Shown: piece by piece, positions 10,210 through 18,787 of the stretch
Layout of the letters: each line of letters starts with the position of its first letter
How positions within the stretch are numbered: position 1 is the first letter of the stretch
From: Sulfolobales archaeon
GTDB lineage: Archaea; Thermoproteota; Thermoprotei_A; Sulfolobales; NBVN01
DNA length: 64,000 bases
Assembly: GCA_026419835.1 (NCBI GenBank)
Contig: JAOAKQ010000002.1
Span: 142,015 to 206,014 of the forward strand
Direction: 5' to 3'
The notes under the pieces: model-generated
What the model was told of the DNA's origin: nothing
What the model saw: only the letters and a program-made list of their open reading frames with translations
The model's database searches: none
Translations under genes and position numbers: made by a program

Positions 10210-10299
10210 CGCGGTAACTGAGTAGTTGCCGCCGACTCGAGGTTGTGAAAAGCGCGCTCTATTTAACGAACTCCCGGTTAGTAGCAGTGCGGGGTCTTC

Positions 10300-10839
10300 G
10301 TGAAGCTGGTCGCCGTAGCGGCCCATAGTGAGCCGCCGGATAGCGTCCGCGAAGGGATCATAAAGTCTTTCGCTAGGTCGCTGGCATCTCGCTGCGGTAC
10401 CTCCATAGCCGTTCTCGTAGGGGGTTACTGGGGGTTTATGAAGGTTCTCGTAGACGAGCTGCTGAAGTACGGTCTGATGGTGGTCGTATTTCCACCTACT
10501 GAAAGAGAGGACGTTGAGTTCCCCGAGAGCGCTATAGTTCTTAGAACTGGCCTCAGCTTTAGATTGAGGAGTGTCGCAATGGTTAGAAGCTCCGACGCCG
10601 TCGTTGTTCTAGGTGGTGCCTCGGGCACTGCGCAGGAGTTAGTTACAGCGTACACTGAGGGTAAGCCCGTGTACCTGTTACTGAGCGGCCTACCTACGGA
10701 TAGGTTCGCCATCTTCACTCCGCATCTAGACGAGAGAAGACTAGCTGAGATTAGAGCGTACTCCGACGTCGAGGCACTAGTTGAGGACCTCTGCGCCTAC
10801 GTAGCTAGAGCTGGACTGAAGATCGGTAGAGTTGGCTAG
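10300..10839 (+). CDS. TIGR00725/LOG-like Rossmann-fold protein
   Basis: ...VLVGGYWGFMKVLVDE... and ...SDAVVVLGGASGTAQELVTAYTEGKPVYLL resemble the LOG/TIGR00725 (DprA-related) pattern. Confidence 0.55.
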   Translation: MKLVAVAAHSEPPDSVREGIIKSFARSLASRCGTSIAVLVGGYWGFMKVLVDELLKYGLMVVVFPPTEREDVEFPESAIVLRTGLSFRLRSVAMVRSSDAVVVLGGASGTAQELVTAYTEGKPVYLLLSGLPTDRFAIFTPHLDERRLAEIRAYSDVEALVEDLCAYVARAGLKIGRVG

Positions 10840-10905
10840 CTTTCGTTGGACTACGCAAAACGTTCTAGAACCGTAGATTTTTATTCGAGGTCCGTGATTT
10901 AGTGA

Positions 10906-12276
<1,371 letters not shown>

Positions 12277-12308
12277 GCTTATAATGTTTTTATCTTAGTT
12301 TCTTCTTG

Positions 12309-12393
12309 GCGGGGGTGCCCGAGCTAGGTCGAAGGGGTCGGGCTGAGGCCCCGATGGCGTAGGCCTGCGTGGGTTCGAATCCCACCCCCCGCA
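12309..12393 (+). tRNA. tRNA-Leu (anticodon GAG)
   Basis: Acceptor GCGGGGG/CCCCCGC. Anticodon stem-loop TCGGG-CTGAGGC-CCCGA. Long variable arm. T arm GTGGG-TTCGAAT-CCCAC. Discriminator A, no encoded CCA. TATA-like cttataatg about 28 nt upstream. Confidence 0.9.
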
Positions 12394-12479
12394 CTAGTCT
12401 ACTGGTAAACCACAAGCACTTGGACTTTGTCTATCTCTGTTAGTAGCTACTGGGAATTTAGATTTCCACTACCGCTTCC

Positions 12480-12875
12480 TCAGGTTTTAGGTCGCAGTAT
12501 GTATCTTTTTTCAATTCTCTCAAAAACTTTTAAGTCCATGTTTTCTAGGGGATTCTGAATTTTCAATGTTTTCGGTTGCCCGCTTTCTATATCGTAAACT
12601 ATGTAGAGCCAGTATCTCTCTCTTTCTCTCAATGCCACCTCAGCCTCAGCTTCAGTGAGTTCCGCATAGATTTCTAGACCTTTATGCCCCTTTACCTCTA
12701 TTAGTCTTACTTCACCTGTAGATGGGTTCACGCTCCTTATGTCGTAATGTTCTGTTTCCGGCATCAAAGTGGGTATTCGTCCTTCAGCTATTTCATCAGC
12801 TAGCATTTTTTCAATAGCTTTCCTTTCTACTTCCCTTTTAACGTCCTCGGGTACGTCTTCGGGGAGTTTCAGCAC
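12480..12875 (-). CDS. PD-(D/E)xK nuclease-fold protein (DUF3883-like); possibly a 5'-truncated remnant
   Basis: D45 (HYDIRS) followed by E60-V-K62 (LIEVKG) fits the restriction-endonuclease-like core. The frame stays open 57 more codons upstream, to the TAA at 13047-13049, with no ATG/GTG/TTG. Visibly AT-richer than neighbouring genes. Confidence 0.55.
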   Translation of the reverse strand: MLKLPEDVPEDVKREVERKAIEKMLADEIAEGRIPTLMPETEHYDIRSVNPSTGEVRLIEVKGHKGLEIYAELTEAEAEVALRERERYWLYIVYDIESGQPKTLKIQNPLENMDLKVFERIEKRYILRPKT

Positions 12876-13035
12876 AAGTTCTACGAAATGTATGCATCCA
12901 ACCGCGTCGGACGTGACTACATCAATATCTGAGTTTCTAATCCATGTTTCCTCTGGGACCCTCAGTCCGTAATCTTCGAGTCGAGATCTGTATACATCTA
13001 TAGTGTCAAGAATTTCGGTTATGTCTTTTATTCTG

Positions 13036-14367
13036 TCAACAATATCTTACCTCACCGTATCTAATACGCGTTTCCCAACTCCTCACCGCTCTACCTGTAG
13101 GTTTGTCGATAAGTATAGGTATTAAGTGCTTCAGCTCGTTTTTAGATAGCTGAGTATTTCCCGTGAGAACTCTCACAATACCTCTAGCTCTCTCGGAGTT
13201 TAACCACTCAGTGATCTCTCTTAACTCATCTAGTTGAGCGCCCTTGGGCGGGATTACTACGTTTACGTGATTCTCCGCTACGAAGACAACGCCCTCCGGG
13301 ACTACCGCTGCTCTTAGAACGGCTTTCTTAGGGTGTCCGACGACTCTATTTACGACGATTGCCGGCCCCCTGAGCGCCTTCTCCGGTGGCCACCTCACGT
13401 GCTGAGGCTTGCCCGGCTTGTTTTTCAGTACTAGCTCGCCGGGTCCTATGTTGTGCGACCAGATTAGGAGAACTCCGCTCGAGCTATCCTCGGTTAGCTT
13501 ATCCCTATGCTCGTTCCAGACCACCTGCCCCGTGACGACCTCGTAGCCTAGGTCTCCGAGCGTCGGCGATTTCTCGAGCATCTCTGACAGCTCACGCGCT
13601 CTCTCGGAGAACACCGTGAAGTCACCGCGCTCGAGCACGTAGTCGCTGCGTGGAGGCTCCCCGGGTGCGTACTTCCTCAGCACCAGGACCTGGAAGGTGT
13701 GGTTCACCTCCGGGAATAGGCGCGGGTTCTCGATAACTCTCAGGTACTCTATCGACGCGGTTCTAGCGATGAACTTCCTCAGCTTCTTGAAGTAGGCGCC
13801 GCAGTTCATGGAGGAGGAGACCACCAGGCCGACGTAGCCGCCCGGCTTAACCAGCTTGAGGGCTAGGTACACGAAGAGGGAGTATATGTTGACTCTACCG
13901 TACAGTACCTCTTCGAACCTAGCCCTCAGCTCCTCGCTCGGGCTGAACTCGAAGTAGGGTGGGTTCGTGACCACTACGTCGAACTCCTCCTTGAGCGGCT
14001 TGGTGAGGGAGTCTACCACCTCTACGCGAGCTTCCGGAACTACCCTGCTAGCTATCTCGGCGAGCTCCGGGTCTATCTCCCAGCAGTAGAGCTCCGGGTC
14101 CGCGAAGTACTCTCTAGCGGATAGAAGGAACTCGCCGGTCCCGCACGCTGGGTCGAGTACTCTGGGGCCCACCTTCCTGGGGATCTTCGAGAGAACCTCC
14201 TCTCTAAGACTTCTAGGAGTGAAGAACTGCCCCATTCTAGCTCTACGCTCGGGGTCTCTGGAGGTAGCGTACCTCAGACTCTCTGCGTGGAGCTCTTCGA
14301 AGACCACGGCCTTCCCTAGAAGACCTCTATAGGAGAAATCATAAAGCCGTGGACCGCCTATGCGCAC
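13036..14367 (-). CDS. gamma-class N6-adenine DNA methyltransferase (M.TaqI/Eco57I-like) with C-terminal target-recognition region
   Basis: FFTP, then SAM motif I LDPACGTGEFL, then motif IV VVTNPPYFEF. About 200 aa of C-terminal TRD-like sequence follow. Confidence 0.85.
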   Translation of the reverse strand: MRIGGPRLYDFSYRGLLGKAVVFEELHAESLRYATSRDPERRARMGQFFTPRSLREEVLSKIPRKVGPRVLDPACGTGEFLLSAREYFADPELYCWEIDPELAEIASRVVPEARVEVVDSLTKPLKEEFDVVVTNPPYFEFSPSEELRARFEEVLYGRVNIYSLFVYLALKLVKPGGYVGLVVSSSMNCGAYFKKLRKFIARTASIEYLRVIENPRLFPEVNHTFQVLVLRKYAPGEPPRSDYVLERGDFTVFSERARELSEMLEKSPTLGDLGYEVVTGQVVWNEHRDKLTEDSSSGVLLIWSHNIGPGELVLKNKPGKPQHVRWPPEKALRGPAIVVNRVVGHPKKAVLRAAVVPEGVVFVAENHVNVVIPPKGAQLDELREITEWLNSERARGIVRVLTGNTQLSKNELKHLIPILIDKPTGRAVRSWETRIRYGEVRYC

Positions 14368-14475
14368 TCACCCCGTACTCAGCTGAGCTCTCGAAGTGCT
14401 TTCGGGTGACAGCGCTGTCGTGAAATCTTATCTTTAGCTGTAGCACTGGTATCTACGGGCTGAGGTACGAAGTCC

Positions 14476-14874
14476 CTGAAGATCGGTGTTTACATTCCCG
14501 GTGAGCTAGCTAGTGAAGTGGAGAAGCTGGTGAAGAGCTCCGGGGTAGGCTCTCTATCGAAGATAGTTCAAGAAGGTCTCAGACTCTACATAGCTGAGCA
14601 CAGCTGGAGATCCGGCGGTGAAGTTGTTGGCGCCCTAGGGGTTCTATACGATCACGACGTAGACCGCGTAGATGAAGAGCTGACGAACGTGCAGCACAAG
14701 TACATGGAGGCCATAATTTCCACACTGCACGTACACTTAGACGCAAGGCACTGCCTTCTAGTAATCTCCGTTAGAGGAAATACTAGCACTATAAAAGCAC
14801 TCGCCGACGAACTGGAGAAGTTGAGGGGCGTTAAGTTAGTTAGGTACATGCTGATGCCGAAGCATGCTTACTGA
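14476..14874 (+). CDS. nikR: NikR-type ribbon-helix-helix nickel-responsive regulator (CTG start inferred)
   Basis: The C-terminal metal-binding domain has the YDH..., QH...ISTLHVHLD...C pattern. The RHH beta-strand and helix 1 (KIGVYIPGELASEVEKLV) lie upstream of the ORF-track GTG at 14518. Codons available after the TGA at 14461 are GGT ACG AAG TCC CTG. GAGGT at 14462-14466. Confidence 0.75.
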   Translation: MKIGVYIPGELASEVEKLVKSSGVGSLSKIVQEGLRLYIAEHSWRSGGEVVGALGVLYDHDVDRVDEELTNVQHKYMEAIISTLHVHLDARHCLLVISVRGNTSTIKALADELEKLRGVKLVRYMLMPKHAY

Positions 14875-15860
14875 GCTCGGTTCTGAAGTACTTTTAAGCT
14901 ATTTAGAAACTCAACTACGTACTTGACGAAGACCTCGGGAGATTCTTCGTGGGGGAGGTGGCCGACCCCCTCCATAACTACGAGCGAAGCGTTTACTTTC
15001 TCACAAAGTTCTACGCTACTCGCTAAGGGCACGAGCTCGTCTCTATCTCCGTGCACTACCAGAGTCGGCTCTCTAAGGTTAGCCAGGGACTTCGCGATGT
15101 CTGGAAACACGTAGTACTTCAAGATCCAGTAGAGACCTCTATCCCAATTCCTCGCTTTCAGCGGGTACTTATATACTTCCTCTACTTCGGGAGTTAGAAG
15201 ACTCTTATTATACCAAGCAGCTCTCAGTACCCGCTCTAGCGAACCTACGAGTCCCCTCACTAAGAGAGGTCCGTACTTATCGGATAGTAGAGGTATGCTG
15301 GTAATTACGACCTCATACCACTGCCTCGTTCTCGGCTTCCACGCAGGAGCTACGAGTAGTAGAGCGCTGACTAGTTCGGGATGCTCTAGTGCGAGTAGTA
15401 GCGCTAGTCCACCACCAGCTGAGTGACCTACTACTACCGGGTGGGTTACGTTCAATTTCTCCATAAATCTGCGGGTAAGCTTCAGAACCCCCTCGTACGT
15501 ATACGGATTGTACGGGGGAGCCCTCGGATCGACCCTCTCAGTTAGACCAAAGCCCGGTCTATCGAAAGCTAGTACTCTACAGTAGCTAGATAAACTGCCC
15601 ACGACGTATCTCCAAGATAGCGCACTAGCTCCAAAACCGTGAAGTAGAAGAAGAGTGCAGTTTCCAGAGCCTTCGTCGAGGTAGTGTATTTTAATACCGT
15701 CGACATTTACAAACTTACTACCAGGTAGAGCTAGGTCTTCAACTGGAGACCCTACTTCCGGAATTGGAATAGTAGCTAAAGTAAGTAGTAGAACCGCGAA
15801 AATAGCGACTACCTTAAGTACTCTTCTCTTTAAATACATGCTGAATCCATGCGTGCACAT
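14868..15860 (-). CDS. alpha/beta hydrolase, membrane-anchored or secreted
   Basis: HGFGAS oxyanion region, nucleophile elbow GHSAGG, C-terminal GHLPHEE. N-terminal hydrophobic segment. The likely start is Met8 (15839). Confidence 0.8.
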   Translation of the reverse strand: MCTHGFSMYLKRRVLKVVAIFAVLLLTLATIPIPEVGSPVEDLALPGSKFVNVDGIKIHYLDEGSGNCTLLLLHGFGASALSWRYVVGSLSSYCRVLAFDRPGFGLTERVDPRAPPYNPYTYEGVLKLTRRFMEKLNVTHPVVVGHSAGGGLALLLALEHPELVSALLLVAPAWKPRTRQWYEVVITSIPLLSDKYGPLLVRGLVGSLERVLRAAWYNKSLLTPEVEEVYKYPLKARNWDRGLYWILKYYVFPDIAKSLANLREPTLVVHGDRDELVPLASSVELCEKVNASLVVMEGVGHLPHEESPEVFVKYVVEFLNSLKVLQNRAQ

Positions 15861-16092
15861 GGACGACCCAGACCTCTCAGCTTCTTCTAGTAGTCTCGCA
15901 GGAGTTTAGTGAAGGGTGAATTAAAGAGTTAGACCGCGGCGTAGTACCGAAATGCGCTTAGAGCACCATTAGTATTATTACCTTCTTAGTAGTGGCTAGT
16001 GAGCTGTGACTACGTGTTCCGCAGATAGCCACTCTACTATATGATCAAAAACTCTCATTTTCGCTAGTTCTGCAGGTACTTGGTGTGGTTTC

Positions 16093-17247
16093 CTGAAGAT
16101 TGCGCTGGTTAGTGACTGGTACTATCCGAAGATAGGTGGTGTAGCTTCACATATGCACAACCTGGCAATTAAGTTAAGAAGTAGGGGGCACGAAGTCGCT
16201 GTAGTTACGAATGATAGAGAAACTGGGAAAGAGTACGAGCTAGAGCGTAGTGGAGTGAGGTTAGTAAAGATTCCCGGTTTCGTGAGCCCCCTTTTCGATG
16301 TCAATATAACGTACAGCATGAGGTCCTCCAAAGACCTATCGGAGTTTCTTAGCGATTTTGATGTAGTGCACTCGCACCACGCATTTACACCGCTAGCTCT
16401 TAAAGCGGTAAAAGCTGGGAGAATTTTGAAGAAGGCTAGCGTACTTACAACACACAGTATTTCGCTCGCGCACGACTCAGAGCTTTGGGATATTGTCGGA
16501 TTGACGGTTCCGATATTCTCTACATACCTCAAATATCCTAGTAGAGTAATTGCCGTTAGTAAGGCCGCTGAGGAGTTCATCAAGCACTTCACCGATGTGC
16601 CGGTTTCTGTGATACCTAATGGAGTAGATACTAACGTATTTAGACCGGCTAGAAACGGGAGGGAGAAGGAACTTGCTAAAGCTAGGTTCGGATTATCTGG
16701 AAGAAGTGTAGTTCTGTATGTAGGTAGAATGAGCTACAGGAAGGGACCCCACCTACTGCTCAGCGCTTTCGCTAACATTGATGACGAGAAAGCCGTTCTC
16801 GTGATGGTCGGCACCGGGGACATGCTGCCGCTTCTTAAGCTACAAGCTAAGCTACTGGGAGTAGAGAGCAGGGTCATGTTCATGAACTACGTTTCAGACG
16901 CACTCCTACCTGAGATATATAGAGCGAGCGACGTATTCGTAGCACCATCCATAGTAGCTGAAGCATTCGGATTGGTGATTCTGGAGGCAATGGCCTCCGG
17001 AGTGCCGGTAATCGCGACATCCGTTGGTGGAATACCCGAAATACTCTCAAGTAGTGGAGCCGGCATGCTGGTCGCTCCAAGCAGCGAGCGGGAGTTGAGT
17101 GAAGCTATTTCAGCGCTCCTAGCGGACCGCGGTCTTAGAGAAATCTATGGAGAAAATGGGAGGAGAGTAGTTGAAGAAAAGTACTCATGGGATATCGTCG
17201 TCGAGCAGATCGAGAGAGTGTACATTGAAGCTATTTCAGAGCTTTAA
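16093..17247 (+). CDS. GT4-family (GT-B) glycosyltransferase (CTG start inferred)
   Basis: C-terminal E-x7-E region (AEAFGLVILEAMASGVPVIAT). The GT4 N-terminus LKIALVSDWYYPKIGGVASH lies upstream of ATG 16153. The frame is open from the TGA at 16042-16044 with no ATG/GTG/TTG. CTG at 16093. Confidence 0.8.
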   Translation: MKIALVSDWYYPKIGGVASHMHNLAIKLRSRGHEVAVVTNDRETGKEYELERSGVRLVKIPGFVSPLFDVNITYSMRSSKDLSEFLSDFDVVHSHHAFTPLALKAVKAGRILKKASVLTTHSISLAHDSELWDIVGLTVPIFSTYLKYPSRVIAVSKAAEEFIKHFTDVPVSVIPNGVDTNVFRPARNGREKELAKARFGLSGRSVVLYVGRMSYRKGPHLLLSAFANIDDEKAVLVMVGTGDMLPLLKLQAKLLGVESRVMFMNYVSDALLPEIYRASDVFVAPSIVAEAFGLVILEAMASGVPVIATSVGGIPEILSSSGAGMLVAPSSERELSEAISALLADRGLREIYGENGRRVVEEKYSWDIVVEQIERVYIEAISEL

Positions 17248-17381
17248 CTTCTGTAGGGCAACTAGAGAAGCCCAGCTTCCACAAGATAGAGTTAAACTTC
17301 ACTATTTAAAGAACTCACGCACTCTAGTATCGCTAGCGACACAGGATTGATTTCTAGAGCTACGGGATGCATCTAAATTAG

Positions 17382-17467
17382 CGCCGGGGGCGGGATTTGA
17401 ACCCGCGCGGGGTGTTCCCCCACCGGCTTAGCAGGCCGGCGCCCTGGCCAGGCTAGGCGACCCCGGC
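17382..17467 (-). tRNA. tRNA-Ser (anticodon GCU)
   Basis: Reverse complement: acceptor GCCGGGG, anticodon stem-loop CCGGC-CTGCTAA-GCCGG, long variable arm TGGGGGAACACCCCGC, T arm GCGGG-TTCAAAT-CCCGC, acceptor CCCCGGC, discriminator G. Confidence 0.9.
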
Positions 17468-17588
17468 TCCGAGCAGATATAGTCGTGTTGAGAGTTATAA
17501 GTGTTTAGTTTTCTTCTTTAACCGGCTTACAGTTCTGACCATATCGTAATTTATATGTGTAATTAACTGTGTTAAACTGGTACGGCGT

Positions 17589-17915
17589 GTGAAGAGGCCT
17601 CCGTGCGAGATTAAGGTTAGGTACGTACTTCCAGCTGTGAGAGCGGCTCTAGTATCCGTCCTAGAGAGAGAATTCGGATTGAGCGTGTATCAGATAGCCA
17701 AGATTCTCGGAGTTACCCCCGCCGCCATCTGCAACTACAAATCCTACCGTAGGTCTAGTAGAAGAGTGTATGAAGAGCTTCTAAGTAGAGAAGAATACAT
17801 GACCGAACTAAGAAAGTGGGCTAGGAAGCTAGTTGATGGAGATGTAGATGCTGGAGACGCTCTCTGCGTTCTCTGTAGGAGAATATACATCGACCTAGAG
17901 AAAGCGACTCAGTGA
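17589..17915 (+). CDS. small predicted HTH transcriptional regulator
   Basis: 108 aa. HTH-like LSVYQIAKILGVTPAAICNY and a C-terminal CxxC. Family not firmly identified. Confidence 0.5.
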   Translation: MKRPPCEIKVRYVLPAVRAALVSVLEREFGLSVYQIAKILGVTPAAICNYKSYRRSSRRVYEELLSREEYMTELRKWARKLVDGDVDAGDALCVLCRRIYIDLEKATQ

Positions 17916-17917
17916 AG

Positions 17918-17989
17918 CCCTTTCAATTCTATCGTTCAGATTCTTCCGCGTCTTTATTGTCCGAGGGTCTATAAGTTTTATCTTGGGAG
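17918..17989 (+). repeat. post-stop intergenic repeat, copy A (72 nt)
   Basis: ccctttcaattctatcgttcagattcttccgcgtctttattgtccgagggtctataagttttatcttgggag. There are 2 nt between the TGA (17913-17915) and the element. Confidence 0.7.
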
Positions 17990-18086
17990 AAGTCGGAGAA
18001 CTCTAGGTTAAATGGCTAATTCGTGGACGAAAGCTGGGAAATCTTACTTATAGACCTCCTACCGAGCACATATACTAGGTGGTGTT

Positions 18087-18563
18087 GTGTCTAAGAAGCC
18101 CGACTACATAGATAGGATGATACTCATAGAACTGGTGAGGGATTCTAGAACCTCACTACGCAGTATTGCTTCGAAGCTGAACCTAGGGGTATCGACGGTG
18201 TATACTAGAATAAGAAAACTCGTGTCTATAGGAGTTCTAACCGGGTTTACCGCGGAAGTAGACCTAGTGAAGCTCGGTATGGCGGCTCAAGCAATAGTCG
18301 AAGTTAAGCCAAAACCCCAGTCTCTAAGTAGAGTGTTTCAGCACTTAATGAACCAGGTGGAGGTCGTAGATGTTTATGAAGTGAGTGGGGAGTACCCTAT
18401 AGTAGCTAAAGTCATATCTCCCGATGACGTGAGTCTAGCTAAAGCTATTGAGAAAATAGCTTCACACGAAGATCTAGTGGACATACGCGTTAGGTACATA
18501 TTCCAGACTAGAAGAGTTAGAGTCTCAGATCGCTTAGTAAGGCTTCTTCAGTCCGCGTACTGA
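18087..18563 (+). CDS. Lrp/AsnC family transcriptional regulator
   Basis: N-terminal HTH_AsnC pattern DRMILIELVRDSRTSLRSIASKLNLGVSTVYTRIRKL followed by a RAM/ACT-like C-terminal domain. GTG preceded by GGTGG. Confidence 0.85.
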   Translation: MSKKPDYIDRMILIELVRDSRTSLRSIASKLNLGVSTVYTRIRKLVSIGVLTGFTAEVDLVKLGMAAQAIVEVKPKPQSLSRVFQHLMNQVEVVDVYEVSGEYPIVAKVISPDDVSLAKAIEKIASHEDLVDIRVRYIFQTRRVRVSDRLVRLLQSAY

Positions 18564-18748
18564 ATCTAGAATGTGTGGGTCTCGCTGATCTATCCCACCT
18601 AACAACCGATATGCCAAGCGGCCTCCCCTTAGATAGGCAGACCTTACTGAATGCTGAGTGGTGAAGGAGGGTATGTACCGCAGATACTCTGTGAGGCACC
18701 TCCATAGCTCTAAAAACTTATAAGTACCTCTAAGCTAGTTGAATTGGT

Positions 18749-18787
18749 AGCCGGGTCGTCTAGCGGCCAAGGATGCGGGGCTCTGGA
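18749..18787 (+). tRNA. tRNA-Gln (anticodon CUG) 5' half only (positions 1-38): split-tRNA half or truncated relic
   Basis: AGCCGGGTCGTCTAGCGGCCAAGGATGCGGGGCTCTGGA gives an acceptor 5' strand, a complete D arm, an anticodon-stem 5' strand and the loop CTCTGGA. No matching 3' stem, T arm or acceptor 3' strand in the next 250 nt. TATA-like ttataag centred about 28 nt upstream. Confidence 0.6.

Noticed and set aside
13036-13049. Programmed frameshift fusing the methyltransferase to the downstream PD-(D/E)xK frame (type IIG-like single polypeptide).
   Set aside because: The two frames are simultaneously open only over about 8 nt (13039-13046), and no slippery homopolymer or heptamer is present there. 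The idea is unsupported without experimental data.
16122-16592. Long antisense ORFs in the six-frame track. Examples: 16122-16592(-), 25913-26554(-), 4650-4997(-), 9844-10326(-), 41132-41518(-), 24699-25151(+), 57330-57737(+), 6774-7160(+), 47697-48089(+), 22515-22919(-), 40187-40525(+).
   Set aside because: Each lies entirely opposite a gene with clear family motifs. Each has a low-complexity S/T/A/P/R-rich composition typical of antisense frames, and lacks SD or promoter context.
18565-18716. Possible structured RNA upstream of the tRNA-Gln half (GGAGG...CCUCC and GUAU...AUAC nested stems, gtggg/cccac hairpin).
   Set aside because: The stems are short (4-5 bp), and no conserved motif or promoter was recognised. 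The evidence is too weak to call.
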